Assembly (NCBI RefSeq): GCF_006345805.1
Contig: NC_043023.1
Coordinates: forward strand, 19,282,001 to 19,346,000
DNA: 64,000 nt
Direction of reading: 5' to 3'
DNA from: Octopus sinensis
Taxonomy: Eukaryota
Part shown: piece after piece, positions 49,451 to 60,900 of the stretch
Numbering within the stretch: position 1 is the stretch's first letter
Layout: the number at the start of each line of letters is the position of its first letter
The notes under the pieces: generated by a model
What the model was told of the DNA's origin: nothing
Database searches by the model: none
Seen by the model: the letters and a program-made list of their open reading frames with translations, nothing else
Translations under genes and position numbers: made by a program

Positions 49451-51369
49451 GGTAAAACTAAAAGACCAAAGCATCTGGTGTTAGTGTGTTAAGCTGATCC
49501 TCCCAACTGAAGAATCTGAAGGACCAAAGGACAGTGGTGTTAAGGCTGCTGGGAACAGGGAAAAAATCTTCCATTAGTCTAGTGGGAGTATAGATCTGCA
49601 CCAAGTGGGAGGCCCAGGGCATAAACTATTTTTATGTCTTTTGTATTTTACCTTCTTTATAGTTAAGTTAATTTTTTGGCTCAAAAAGCGAAAAGCAAGG
49701 CCATGTAGGGGGACATGGATTTATGTACAGGGAGTGTGGTCATGCAAAGAGTTCAGGCCATTTCTGGTCAAGGGGAGGCATGTCGCCTAATGGTTAAGGT
49801 TACTGCACTCATCATTGTTAGGATTGTGGTCCCATTCCAGGATGGGTGGTGGGGAGGGTGCTGTAATGTCACGGGAATAGGGTTAAGTCCATGGGTCCTA
49901 GTGCTTGTGACAGACCTCAGCAAGCATGGAAGACCAGAAATGGTCCCTGTTTGCAAGTCTTCCCTCTCTCCCCATGGCACACGGTTCTTCTTGAAGGTCA
50001 AGCCAAAGCCTGATTTAACCCTTTAGCATTTCAACCGGCCATATTCGACCAAAATGGTGTACTTGTTTAATACCCAAAAATGGCCAGAGCCAGCTTCTCA
50101 CATTTACCTACAATGTCATTCTAAAAGTAAACAATAGGCGCAGGAGTGGCTGTGTGGTAAGTAGCTTGCTTACCAACCACATGGCTCCGGGTTCAGTCCC
50201 ACTGTGTGGCACCTTGGGCAAGTGTCTTCTACTATAGCCTCGAGCTGACCAATGCCTTGTGAGTGGATTTGGTAGACGGAAACTGAAAGAAGCCTGTCGT
50301 ATTAACCCAGAATGGTACTCTGACAATGAAATTTTGAGCAAAGTTAACCACAAGGATTTGAACTCAGAACATAGAAACCCACAATAAATACCAAAGCTTA
50401 TTCTATCCAATGATGACTGCCAATTCACTGACTTAGGATTAGGATCTTAAAAACCTGGTAAAGTTAATTGAATGGGTGGTACATTAAGCTTCTTATTCGT
50501 TAAGATAAAATGTGATGAGTAAGCTGTAACCTATTAGGGAAAACTGCTTTCCCAGGGAGCGGAATAGGACCCAGCCCTACAAACTAACAAATCAGTGCAG
50601 CTGCCGCTTACAGCAATGAATTGTATCGGCCCGTGATGGGACCTACTCATGGCTAGATGGACTGGGACATTTGAGAGTTTAATGGTTTGGCCAATGATAC
50701 AATGACGTGATGCCGAAAGGATTTGAACCTCTAACTTTGTAGCCAGAGGTCTATTCACTCACCATCTCTTTAACATACATGTTATACATACATGCACACT
50801 CGACCCATGCCAGCATAGAAGGCAAGCTCAAGATTTACGCACACACACAAACCTTTTGATATGACAGGGCATTAAAGATTACTTATATAACAGCGTGCTA
50901 TACAGAACTATGAAGGTGGAATATCAACAATAATAAAAGTGTTACCTTAAAAATAATTAAACATAATATTTCGGGTAAGATAACCCCTTTCAAAGAGTTA
51001 GGAGAATAAGAGAGAAATACACTCGTAATTTTCAAATGTTAATTCTTGCGTGCATATGACACACAACCAGTACACAGACTAAACAGATGTACACCAGCTC
51101 TCACTTTTTCTTCAGTACTTTTGAAAAGGAGCATTTTACTTGAAATATCAGGACTTAATATTTCTAATCATGCCATGGGAAAAATTCAAACATGAATGCG
51201 AAGTAACTCGAGGTGTATAAATAAGATCGAACACACATACACAAGGTGTGTATGTTGTTAGTTCATGGGTCACCTGTGGTTTAGACATACGAGAATATAT
51301 TCTCAATGCACCTGGTGTTAAAAACACCTAAAAGTAAGCCACAGGTTTACTTTCAGATGTTTTGAGATG

Positions 51370-52151
51370 GGGGTTAAATCAATTACACCAATCCCAGTGT
51401 TTCACAGGTACTTATTTCATCGACCCCAAAAGAATGGAAAGTGAAGTTGACCTCGGTGGAATTTGAACTCAGAACATCAAGACAGACGAAATACCGCAAA
51501 GCTTTTGTCCGGTGTGCTAACGTTTCTGCCAGCTTGCTGCCTTAAATAATAATAATAGTAGTAGTAGTAGTAGTAAGAATAATAATCCTCCCTTGGGGGA
51601 GGAGACTAGAAGATTACACTGACCCCAGTGCTTCACTCCTACTTATTTTACTGACCCCGAAAGGATGAAAGGCAAAGTGGAATTCAAATTCCACTCAGAT
51701 GTAACTCAGAATGTAACGAAGGGCAAATGCTGCTAAGCATTTCATTCAGTGTGCTAACGATTCTGTTAATGATAATAAAAATAACAAAATGGAACTCGCA
51801 TGGGCTGACCTATCAACTAGTTTAACACCAAGAAACCAGGTTTCGGCTGGTTGGGTTTTTTTTCTTCTTTTTTTGTGTGTATACTGAAGACATGGATATA
51901 AATAATTAATTGCCTTGCTTCATGCTAAAACAAAAAAAAAATCAAACACATCGTACAGGATGTAGAAGAGGAGAAAGTAGCAGTAATAGTAGTAGTGGTG
52001 GTGGTGGTGGTGGTAGTTTTAAAGATGGTTTCAAATGGGAGACTTAAGTGTTGTGAAGATGGTACCAGCAACAGAGGCCTGAAACGTAAATTTGCAGTTA
52101 TCAATAAAACAAGTATATACGTACATACATACATGTACACACGTGTATATA

Positions 52152-52201
<50 letters not shown>

Positions 52202-54000
52202 CACACACACACATATATATATATATATACACACACATATATATTTATACACATACACACACATATGCACATATATATACTCATACATATATACATATGC
52301 AGACACACACATACACAAATGTGTATATATAAAAAAATGTTGATGGAAATATAATGAGTGGGGGAGAGGGTAATGTATTGAGTACTGATGTAGAGAAAAT
52401 CTGCCAAAGGCTTCAGACAGTCTCGCAGAACAGGAACGAAAGGGGACCCATCCCTCCGTCCGAACAGTCTGTGACACCAACAGTTGTATCACTTGGCTGC
52501 CTTAAGAATCATAATATCCTTTTTCAGACTAGAAATATGGGTGTTTTGTTCATCATCCTTAAACAACCTTTATTCAAAAACCCTTTTGAATGGGATGGGT
52601 TACTCAAGCTGAAGAAAATTCTAACCACCGGGCCCCACCTTCAAGGTCATGCGCTGTTTATCTTGATATGAGATCACTATGTTGTGCACATATGGTTGTG
52701 ATGCATGTGCCTGGTGTACTGTATCAGATGGGTAGTCATGATGGGTATATTGGGGTTCGTATATTTGTACCCCAGCATTACTTTGAGGGTGTGTGCTGTT
52801 CTCTCACTCAATAATGATAATAATAATAATCCTTTCTACTTGAAGCAACAAGGCCTCAAATTTGGGGGAAGGGATTAAGCCGATTACATCCACCTCAGAA
52901 CGCAACTGGTACTTATTTAATTGACCCCGAAAGGATGAAAGGCAAAAAGTCGACCTCAGTGGAATTTGAACTCAGAACTTAGTGGCAGACGAAATACCGC
53001 TAAGTATTTCACCCGGCGTGCTAACGATTCTGCCAGCTCACTGCCTTAAATATAATAATATAATAATAATAATATGCAGCAAGGAAGGTGTTTATAAGCC
53101 ATTTAAAAATATACAAAAACCATTAGATTCACTTCAAAATTCCATGCTGCACGGAATTTTGTCAGCGAACAGGTTGCGGTCTCAAAGCAATGAAAATATT
53201 TTGGCAAATTAAATTTAAATGTTGAAGTGAATCTAACAAATTTTGTGTGTTTTCAAATGGCTTATAAACACCTTCCACGCTGCAGTTGTTTTTGTTTCAG
53301 CACACGATCTCAGATCAGGTCACATGCTATGCAAGTACATCTCTGTAATAATAATATGAAAGCTTGGTAAATTTAGAATGTAGCAGTTCACTGTTGGGTG
53401 TAACCATCTTCATGATGGAGGGTTTTTTAGGTCATAGCATTGAACCATTAACACTGTGGCCCTAAGATGGTGCTGAACCTTGCATTCTGTCAGACTGGAG
53501 CAAAAAACTTTGTCCAAGGATTTAGCACAATGATGGCCAGTGCTTAATAAAAATAATAATAATAATAATGGTTTCAAATTTTGGCACAAGGCCAGAAGGT
53601 TTGGAGGAGGGAGTAAGTTGATTACAATGACCCCAGTGTTCAACTGTTACTTATTTTATCGACCCCACAATGATGAAAAACCAAGTCAACCTTGGCTGAA
53701 TTTGAACTCAGAATGTAAAGACGGACGAAATACTGCTAAGCATTTCACCCAGCATTCCAACAATTCTGTCAGCTCAATAATAATCTTTCTAATATAAGGC
53801 ATAGGGCCTGAAATTTTGAGGGAGGGGGCAAGTCGATTAGATCGACCCCCAGTACGCAACTGATACTTAATTTATCAACCCCAAAAGAATGAAAGGCAAA
53901 GTCGACCTCGGCGGAATTTGAACTCAGAACGTAGTGACAGGTGAAATACCTTTAAGCATTTCATCCAGCGTGCTAACGATTCTGCCAGCTTGCTACCTTA
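51370..54000 (-). mobile_element. second cluster of ~5 family B SINEs, sense on the minus strand
   Basis: Copies at ~51370-51545, 51590-51770, 52825-53050, 53560-53770 and 53780-54000. Confidence 0.8.
51810..52078 (-). other. candidate non-coding (3' UTR) exon
   Basis: Acceptor ttttattgataactgcaaatttacgtttcag| followed by unique sequence. The donor is uncertain (AAG|gcaatt near 51912 or TAG|gtcagc at 51809). Confidence 0.3.
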
Positions 54001-54017
54001 ATAATAATATTAATAGT

Positions 54018-54500
54018 CATCATCATCATTTAACATCCGCTTTCCATGCTGGCATGGGTTGGACGGTTCAACTGGGGTCTGGGAAGCCAGAAGGCTGCAC
54101 CAGGGGCCCAGTCTGATCTGGCAGTGTTTCTTCTACAGCTGGGTGCCCTTCCTAACGCCAACCACTCCGTGAGTGTAGTGGGTGCTTTTTACGTGCCAGA
54201 CGAGGCTGGCAAACAGCCATGATCAGATGGCGCTTTTTACGTGCCACCGGCACGGGGACCAGACGAAGCTGGCAACGGCTACGAACGGATGATGCTTTTT
54301 ACGTGCCACCGGCAAGGAAGCCAGTCGGGGCAGCGCTGGCAACGGCCACGTTCGGATGGTTCTCTTACGTGCCACCGGCACTGGTATCACAAGCTACAAA
54401 TTCCATTGATGTTGACAGATTACGATTTTGATTTTGATTTTCACTTGCCTCAACAGGTCTTCGCAAGTGGAGTTTTGTGTCCCGAGAAGGAAAGGAATGC
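54018..54500 (-). mobile_element. family C element ~200 bp downstream of the candidate 3' UTR donor
   Basis: Reverse copy with internal repeats. Diverged copies also lie at ~29560-29722, 43510-43700 and 45810-45940. Confidence 0.8.
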
Positions 54501-54535
54501 ATAAGTGGGCTGGCTACATCCCAGGTAGAGACCAC

Positions 54536-54569
<34 letters not shown>

Positions 54570-54708
54570 GCTTGTGTATGAAAGCTTGTAGTGCTTATCA
54601 ACTGATAAACAGATACCTAATCACTGGTGCATATCACTCACTACTAAACATTGTGCAGACATTACCTCAAAGAACACAACCTGCCCCACACACATCAGAA
54701 GAACTCAC

Positions 54709-54775
54709 ATTTTGTTTTTTTGTGTTTTTTTGGATCAGTTTTCTTCAACGGAAACCTCTAGAAAGTCTCCTGTCT
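54709..54775 (-). other. CPSF6: 3' UTR portion of the stop-containing exon, ending at a candidate 5' splice site
   Basis: AAAT|gtgagt on the minus strand (GT at 54708-54707), 67 nt after the stop codon. Motif evidence only. Confidence 0.45.
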
Positions 54776-54971
54776 TCAGTGACGCCGATATTCTCTCTCT
54801 CTTTCCCGATCTCTGTCGCGGTCTCTGTGCCGCTCTTCGTGGTAGCGGTCGCGGTCCCGACTCCGCTCTCTGTACTCGCGGTCGCGACTGCGAGAACGGT
54901 GTCTGCGACTGCTCTTCTCTCTGTCCCGGTCCCTCTCCCTCTCGCGGGAACGAGATCGACGAGTGCTGCTC
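54776..54971 (-). CDS. CPSF6: CPSF6 last coding exon, RS/RD/RE-rich tail with stop codon
   Basis: Acceptor ctgtttcag| at 54972. The phase-2 AA from the upstream exon plus G gives Lys, then SSTRRSRSRERERDRDREKSSRRHRSRSRDREYRERSRDRDRYHEERHRDRDRDREREREYRRH*. This ends like vertebrate CPSF6 (...REREYRHR*). TGA at 54778-54776; frame continuity checked by hand. Confidence 0.93.
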
Positions 54972-56144
54972 CTGAAACAGAACAAGGGTACACCGATGAC
55001 ATACGGCAGATAAAAATCTTGAGGAAAATTCAAACATTTACATCTCCCCTCCCTATCAGAAACCCCATAACTCTGCCCCACTTCTTTCCTTTATCTTTTA
55101 CTCGTTTCAGTCATAGGACTGTAGCAATAACCATTTTAGCCATTTTGAAATGTGGCGCGAATTGGCAATATGACGTAATGTCTTTGCCGAAGAATTATCA
55201 TTTTCGTTTTTTTCCATTGGTTAATATAACTGCTCATATAAAGATTCTAAAAGTTTCGGAAAAATATTTGTAATGGATTTCGATTCTTTTAAGTCAAGTT
55301 GAGCAGTTATAAAAACCCTGGATTTGGGGAAAAACTTTAGTGTTTGTTGGATGTCACTGCACTCCACGACACTCACTCTTTTGAGATATTGGTAATTTTC
55401 ATGCCATGTCTAAAGTTAATCACAAATCTATTATGATTTGTTGGTTAATGTATTAGCTAGAATTGAGAAATCAGTTAATGAAATTATAGTCGTTCTTCTT
55501 CACGACAAAGTTATCTTTCTTTCCTACTGTAAATAATATAAAATGTTATATTTATATAATAAAACTAATTAAAAAGAAAATGTTTCTCTTCACGTTTGTT
55601 TTTCAACTGAGCATAAATAAATATGCATTTCTGTAATCCTTAATTTATGTTTTCTTATAGTGGTTTAAAGGACACGAAGAAAATATTATACATACATGTC
55701 ATTAATATTCATAGCGTTTCATGCGTATATGTCTATATGACATTATAACTGCAGTTAGGGTTTTAGGTATAATGATAACACTAAGTATAAGTGACGTTAA
55801 TCATATTCTCCCTTACTCAGAAAGAAACCAAATAAAATAATATAACCTAAGAGAAAGCTTAAGGTAGAATAAGCAAAACTGCCATAGGACTGTGGTCATG
55901 CTGGGGCACAACAATGAAGGGTTTAGTTCAGGGATTCTCAACTATTTTTAATACTATTTTATTCAGGTGGACACCCATCGCGATTCAATGTTTAAAAATC
56001 TAGTTTTATAGAAACTTCTTCCAAAATCCATATTTTATTTTTCACACATAGGTTGAACTATGTAGGGTGTTAGAGAAAGAAACCTGGCTGTTTCTTTCAA
56101 TACATTCCAATACATACATCTAAAGCAAAATTTTTCAGGGGCCC

Positions 56145-56877
56145 TTAACCCTTTCGTTACCAACCTGGCTGAAACTGGCTCTGGCTCTGAGTACAAAGGT
56201 CTTGTTTCCATAAGTTCTGAATTAAAATCTTCCACCAAACCTTAGTCACAATTTATGTTCCTAACACTAGCTTAATGATAACTAAGTTATTTTACTGAAT
56301 TCTTTGTGTTATTTAAAAGTAACTGATAGAAACACAGAGCATCTCAACAGAAATATGGTAACAAAATGGTTAAAATATATAATAGAGAAACAATTCTTAA
56401 CCCTTTTGATACCAACCTGGCTGAAACCACTTCTGGCTCAGAGTAACAAATGTCTTGTTTTCATAAGTTTTGAATTAAAATCTTCCACGAAACCTTAGTC
56501 ACAATTTATGTTCCTAACACTAGCTTAACGATAATTAAGTTATTTTACTAAATATTTTGTTATATTTAAAGTAATTGAAAGAAACACAGAGCATCTCAAC
56601 AGAAATATGGTAACAAAAGGGTTAAAATATATAATAGAGAAACAATTCTTAACCCTTTTGATACCAACCTGGCTGAAACCACTTCTGGCTCAGAGTAACA
56701 AATGTCTTGTTTTCATAAGTTTTGAATAAAAATCTTCCACGAAACCTTAGTCACAATTTATGTTCCTAACACTAGCTTAACGATAATTAAGTTATTTTAC
56801 TAAATATTTTGTTATATTTAAAGTAATTGAAAGAAACACAGAGCATTTCAAAATAAATACAGTGACGAAAGGGTTAA
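56145..56877 (+). mobile_element. piggyBac-type MITE trimer in the CPSF6 last coding intron
   Basis: ttaaccctttcgttacc...gtgacgaaagggttaa with two copies of the spacer; units 2 and 3 are near-identical. Confidence 0.8.
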
Positions 56878-57154
56878 AATACTCTCTGAGTCTCCAATTT
56901 TCTATTTTGCTTGTGTGGACCCCAAAAAATCATATATGACCTCCAGGGTTCATATAGATCCCCCATTGAGAACCACTGATACTGTTTCTCAACCATTTCT
57001 TTATCTGTGGACCCTTTTGATTATTATCATATTCTGGGACCACCACCCCCTCCTTCCAAAATCCCTATTTTGTTTTTCACACATTCACTTGCACTGGTTG
57101 AACCATGAAAAACATTCGGGAAAGAAACCGGTTTCAAAATATTTTTCAGCACTT

Positions 57155-57612
57155 GTACGTGTGCTCCACATGCGACTCTGGCACACATACTTTACATAGC
57201 ATGCATGTTCTACATACGGCACCAGCATGCGTGCTCTACACATGGAGCTGGGCATGCATGCTTTACATGTGGTGCTGGCATGTGTACTTTGCACGTGCTC
57301 TACATGTGACATTGCCATGTAGGATCTACATGTGCCGCTGGTATGTGTGTCTATATGCAGCACTAGCATGTGTGCTTTACATGTGGCACCACCATGTATG
57401 CCCTAAACGTGGGATTGGCACCGACACACATGCTCCACATGTGACACCGGCATACATGCTTTACATGTGCTTTATACATGGCAGCAGCATGGTACTAGGA
57501 TGTGTGCTCAACACATGGTACTGGCACACATGCTCTATACATGGCACCAGTATGCGAGCTATATATGTGACACCAGCATGCATGCTTCATGAGGCACTGG
57601 CACACGTGCCTC
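57155..57612. repeat. degenerate 26-bp minisatellite (~17 units)
   Basis: Consensus about RTGCTCTACATGTGGCACCAGCATGC; ends ~30 nt from the CPSF6 donor at 57644. Confidence 0.8.
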
Positions 57613-57644
57613 TCACTTTTATAATTATATAAAATGTCACTCAC

Positions 57645-57792
57645 TTGGATCCGTACGACTTCTCTTCAATCCCATGGAGCGTGTCCTGTAAAGAACTAAT
57701 CAGGATTTTACATCGATCATCACCTGCAATCTTCGATTGCTTGATCAGTGATATTGCTGTGACAAGTGTCTCAATGGCACTAGCAAAGTCAC
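57645..57792 (-). CDS. CPSF6: CPSF6 (CFIm68) penultimate coding exon, C-terminal helical domain
   Basis: 148-nt exon bounded by ttttacag| and |gtgagt on the minus strand. It reads (G)[48 protein letters not shown](K), matching the recalled vertebrate CPSF6 motif [49 protein letters not shown]. It is too short to appear in the ORF track. Confidence 0.95.
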
Positions 57793-57934
57793 CTGTAAAA
57801 CAAAAGATAAAAGAACCACATTGAATATGGGTAAATAAATAAATGACAATTTCAAAGGCTTCAGGTAAAATAGCAATACTTATTACAGGTAAACAACCAC
57901 ATTAGTTACAAGTCCATGACCACAATGGTAACAA

Positions 57935-60900
57935 ATCAACCCCAAAACAATGAATGGTAAAGTTAGTCTTCTATTATAGTTCCATTGACATCTCGGATGT
58001 TTTATAGGAATATCAAATCTACCCCAGTATATCACTGCTACTTTATTTTACCAACCCCACAACAATGAAAGGTAAAGTTAGTGTTAGTCTTCTATTATAA
58101 TTCCATTGACATCTCGGATGTTTTATAGGAATATTAAATTTACCCCAGTATATCACTGCTACTTTATTTTACCAACCCCACAACAATGAAAGGTAAAGTT
58201 AGTGTTAGTCTTCTATTATAATTCCATTGACATCTCGGATGTTTTATAGGAATATTAAATTTACCCCAGTATATCACTGCTACTTTATTTTACCAACCCC
58301 ACAACAATGAAAGGTAAAGTAGTGTTAGTCTTCTATTATAATTCCATTGACATCTTGGATGTTTTATAGGAATATTAAATCTACCCCAGTATATCACTGC
58401 TACTTTATTTTACCAACCCCACAACAATGAAAGGTAAAGTTAGTGTTAGACTTCTATTATAATTCCATTGACATCAAGGATGTTTTATAGGAAATTAAAT
58501 CTACCCCAGTATAATCACTGCTACTTTTATTTTACCAACCCCACAACAATGAAGGTAAAGTTAGTGTTAGTCTTCTATTATAATTCCATTGACATCTTGG
58601 ATGTTTTATAGGAATATTAAATTACCCCAGTATATCACTGCTACTTTATTTTACCAACCCCACAACAATGAAAGGTAAAGTTAGTGTTAGTCTTCTATTA
58701 TAATTCCATTGACATCTCGGATGTTTTATAGGAATATTAAATCTACCCCAGTATATCACTGCTACTTTATTTTATCAACCCCACAACAATGAAAGGTAAA
58801 GTTAGTGTTAGTCTTCTATTATAAATCCATTGACACCTCAGATGTTTTATAGGAATATTAAATCTACCCCAGTATATCACTGCTACTTTATTTTACCAAC
58901 CCCAAACAATGAAAGGTAAAGTTAGTGTTAGTCTTCTATTATAATTCCATTGACATCTCGGATGTTTTATAGGAATATTAAATCTACCCCAGTATATCAC
59001 TGCTACTTTATTTTATCAACCCCACAACAATGAAAGGTAAAGTTAGTGTTAGTCTTCTATTATAATTCCATTGACATCTTGGATGTTTTATAGGAATATT
59101 AAATCTACCCCAGTATATCACTGCTACTTTATTTTATCAACCCCACAACAATGAAAGGTAAAGTTAGTGTTAGTCTTCTATTATAATTCCATTGACATCT
59201 TGGATGTTTTATAGGAATATTAAATCTACCCCAGTATATCACTGCTACTTTATTTTATCAACCCCACAACAATGAAAGGTAAAGTTAGTGTTAGTCTTCT
59301 ATTATAATTCCATTGACATCTTGGATGTTTTATAGGAATATTAAATCTACCCCAGTATATCACTGCTACTTTATTTTACTAACCCCACAACAATGAAAGG
59401 TAAAGTTAGTGTTAGTCTTCTATTATAATTCCATTGACATCTCGGATGTTTTATAGGAATATTAAATCTACCCCAGTATATCACTGCTACTTTATTTTAC
59501 CAACCCCACAACAATGAAAGGTAAAGTTAGTGTTAGTCTTCTATTATAATTCCATGACATCTCAGATGTTTTATAGGAATATTAAATCTACCCCAGTATA
59601 TCACTGCTACTTTATTTTATCAACCCACAACAATGAAAGGTAAAGTTAGTGTTAGACTTCTATTATAATTCCATTGACATCAAGGATGTTTTATAGGAAT
59701 ATTAAATCTACCCCAGTATATCACTGCTACTTTATTTTACCAACCCCACAACAATGAAAGGTAAAGTTAGTGTTAGTCTTCTATTATAATTCCATTGACA
59801 TCTCGGATGTTTTATAGGAATATTAAATTTACCCCAGTATATCACTGCTACTTTATTTTACCAACCCCACAACAATGAAAGGTAAAGTTAGTGTGAGTCT
59901 TCTATTATAATTCCATTGACATCTCGGATGTTTTATAGGAATATTAAATCTACCCCAGTATATCACTGCTACTTTATTTTATCAACCCCACAACAATGAA
60001 AGGTAAAGTTAGTGTTAGTCTTCTATTATAAATCCATTGACACCTCAGATGTTTTATAGGAATATTAAATCTACCCCAGTATATCACTGCTACTTTATTT
60101 TACCAACCCCACAACAATGAAAGGTAAAGTTAGTGTTAGTCTTCTATTATAATTCCATTGACATCTCGGATGTTTTATAGGAATATTAAATCTACCCCAG
60201 TATATCACTGCTACTTTATTTTATCAACCCCACAACAATGAAAGGTAAAGTTAGTGTTAGTCTTCTATTATAATTCCATTGACATCTTGGATGTTTTATA
60301 GGAATATTAAATCTACCCCAGTATATCACTGCTACTTTATTTTATCAACCCCACAACAATGAAAGGTAAAGTTAGTGTTAGTCTTCTATTATAATTCCAT
60401 TGACATCTTGGATGTTTTATAGGAATATTAAATCTACCCCAGTATATCACTGCTACTTTATTATCAACCCCACAACAATGAAAGGTAAAGTTAGGTTAGT
60501 CTTCTATTATAATTCCATTGACATCTGGATGTTTTATAGGAATATTAAATCTACCCCAGTATATCACTGCTACTTTATTTTACTAACCCCACAACAATGA
60601 AAGGTAAGTTAGTGTTAGTCTTCTATTATAATTCCATTGACATCTCGGATGTTTTATAGGAATATTAAATCTACCCCAGTATATCACTGCTACTTTATTT
60701 TACCAACCCACAACAATGAAGGTAAAGTTAGTGTTAGTCTTCTATTATAATTCCATTGACATCTCAGATGTTTTATAGGAATATTAAATCTACCCCAGTA
60801 TATCACTGCTACTTTATTTTACCAACCCCACAACAATGAAAGGTAAAGTTAGTGTTAGTCTTCTATTATAATTCCATTGACATCTCAGATGTTTTATAGG

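Noticed and set aside
54428-55273. 281-aa plus-strand ORF
   Set aside because: It is the antisense shadow of the CPSF6 RS exon plus SINE sequence.
57105-57632. 175-aa plus-strand ORF
   Set aside because: It is a read-through of the 26-bp decayed minisatellite in a CPSF6 intron.
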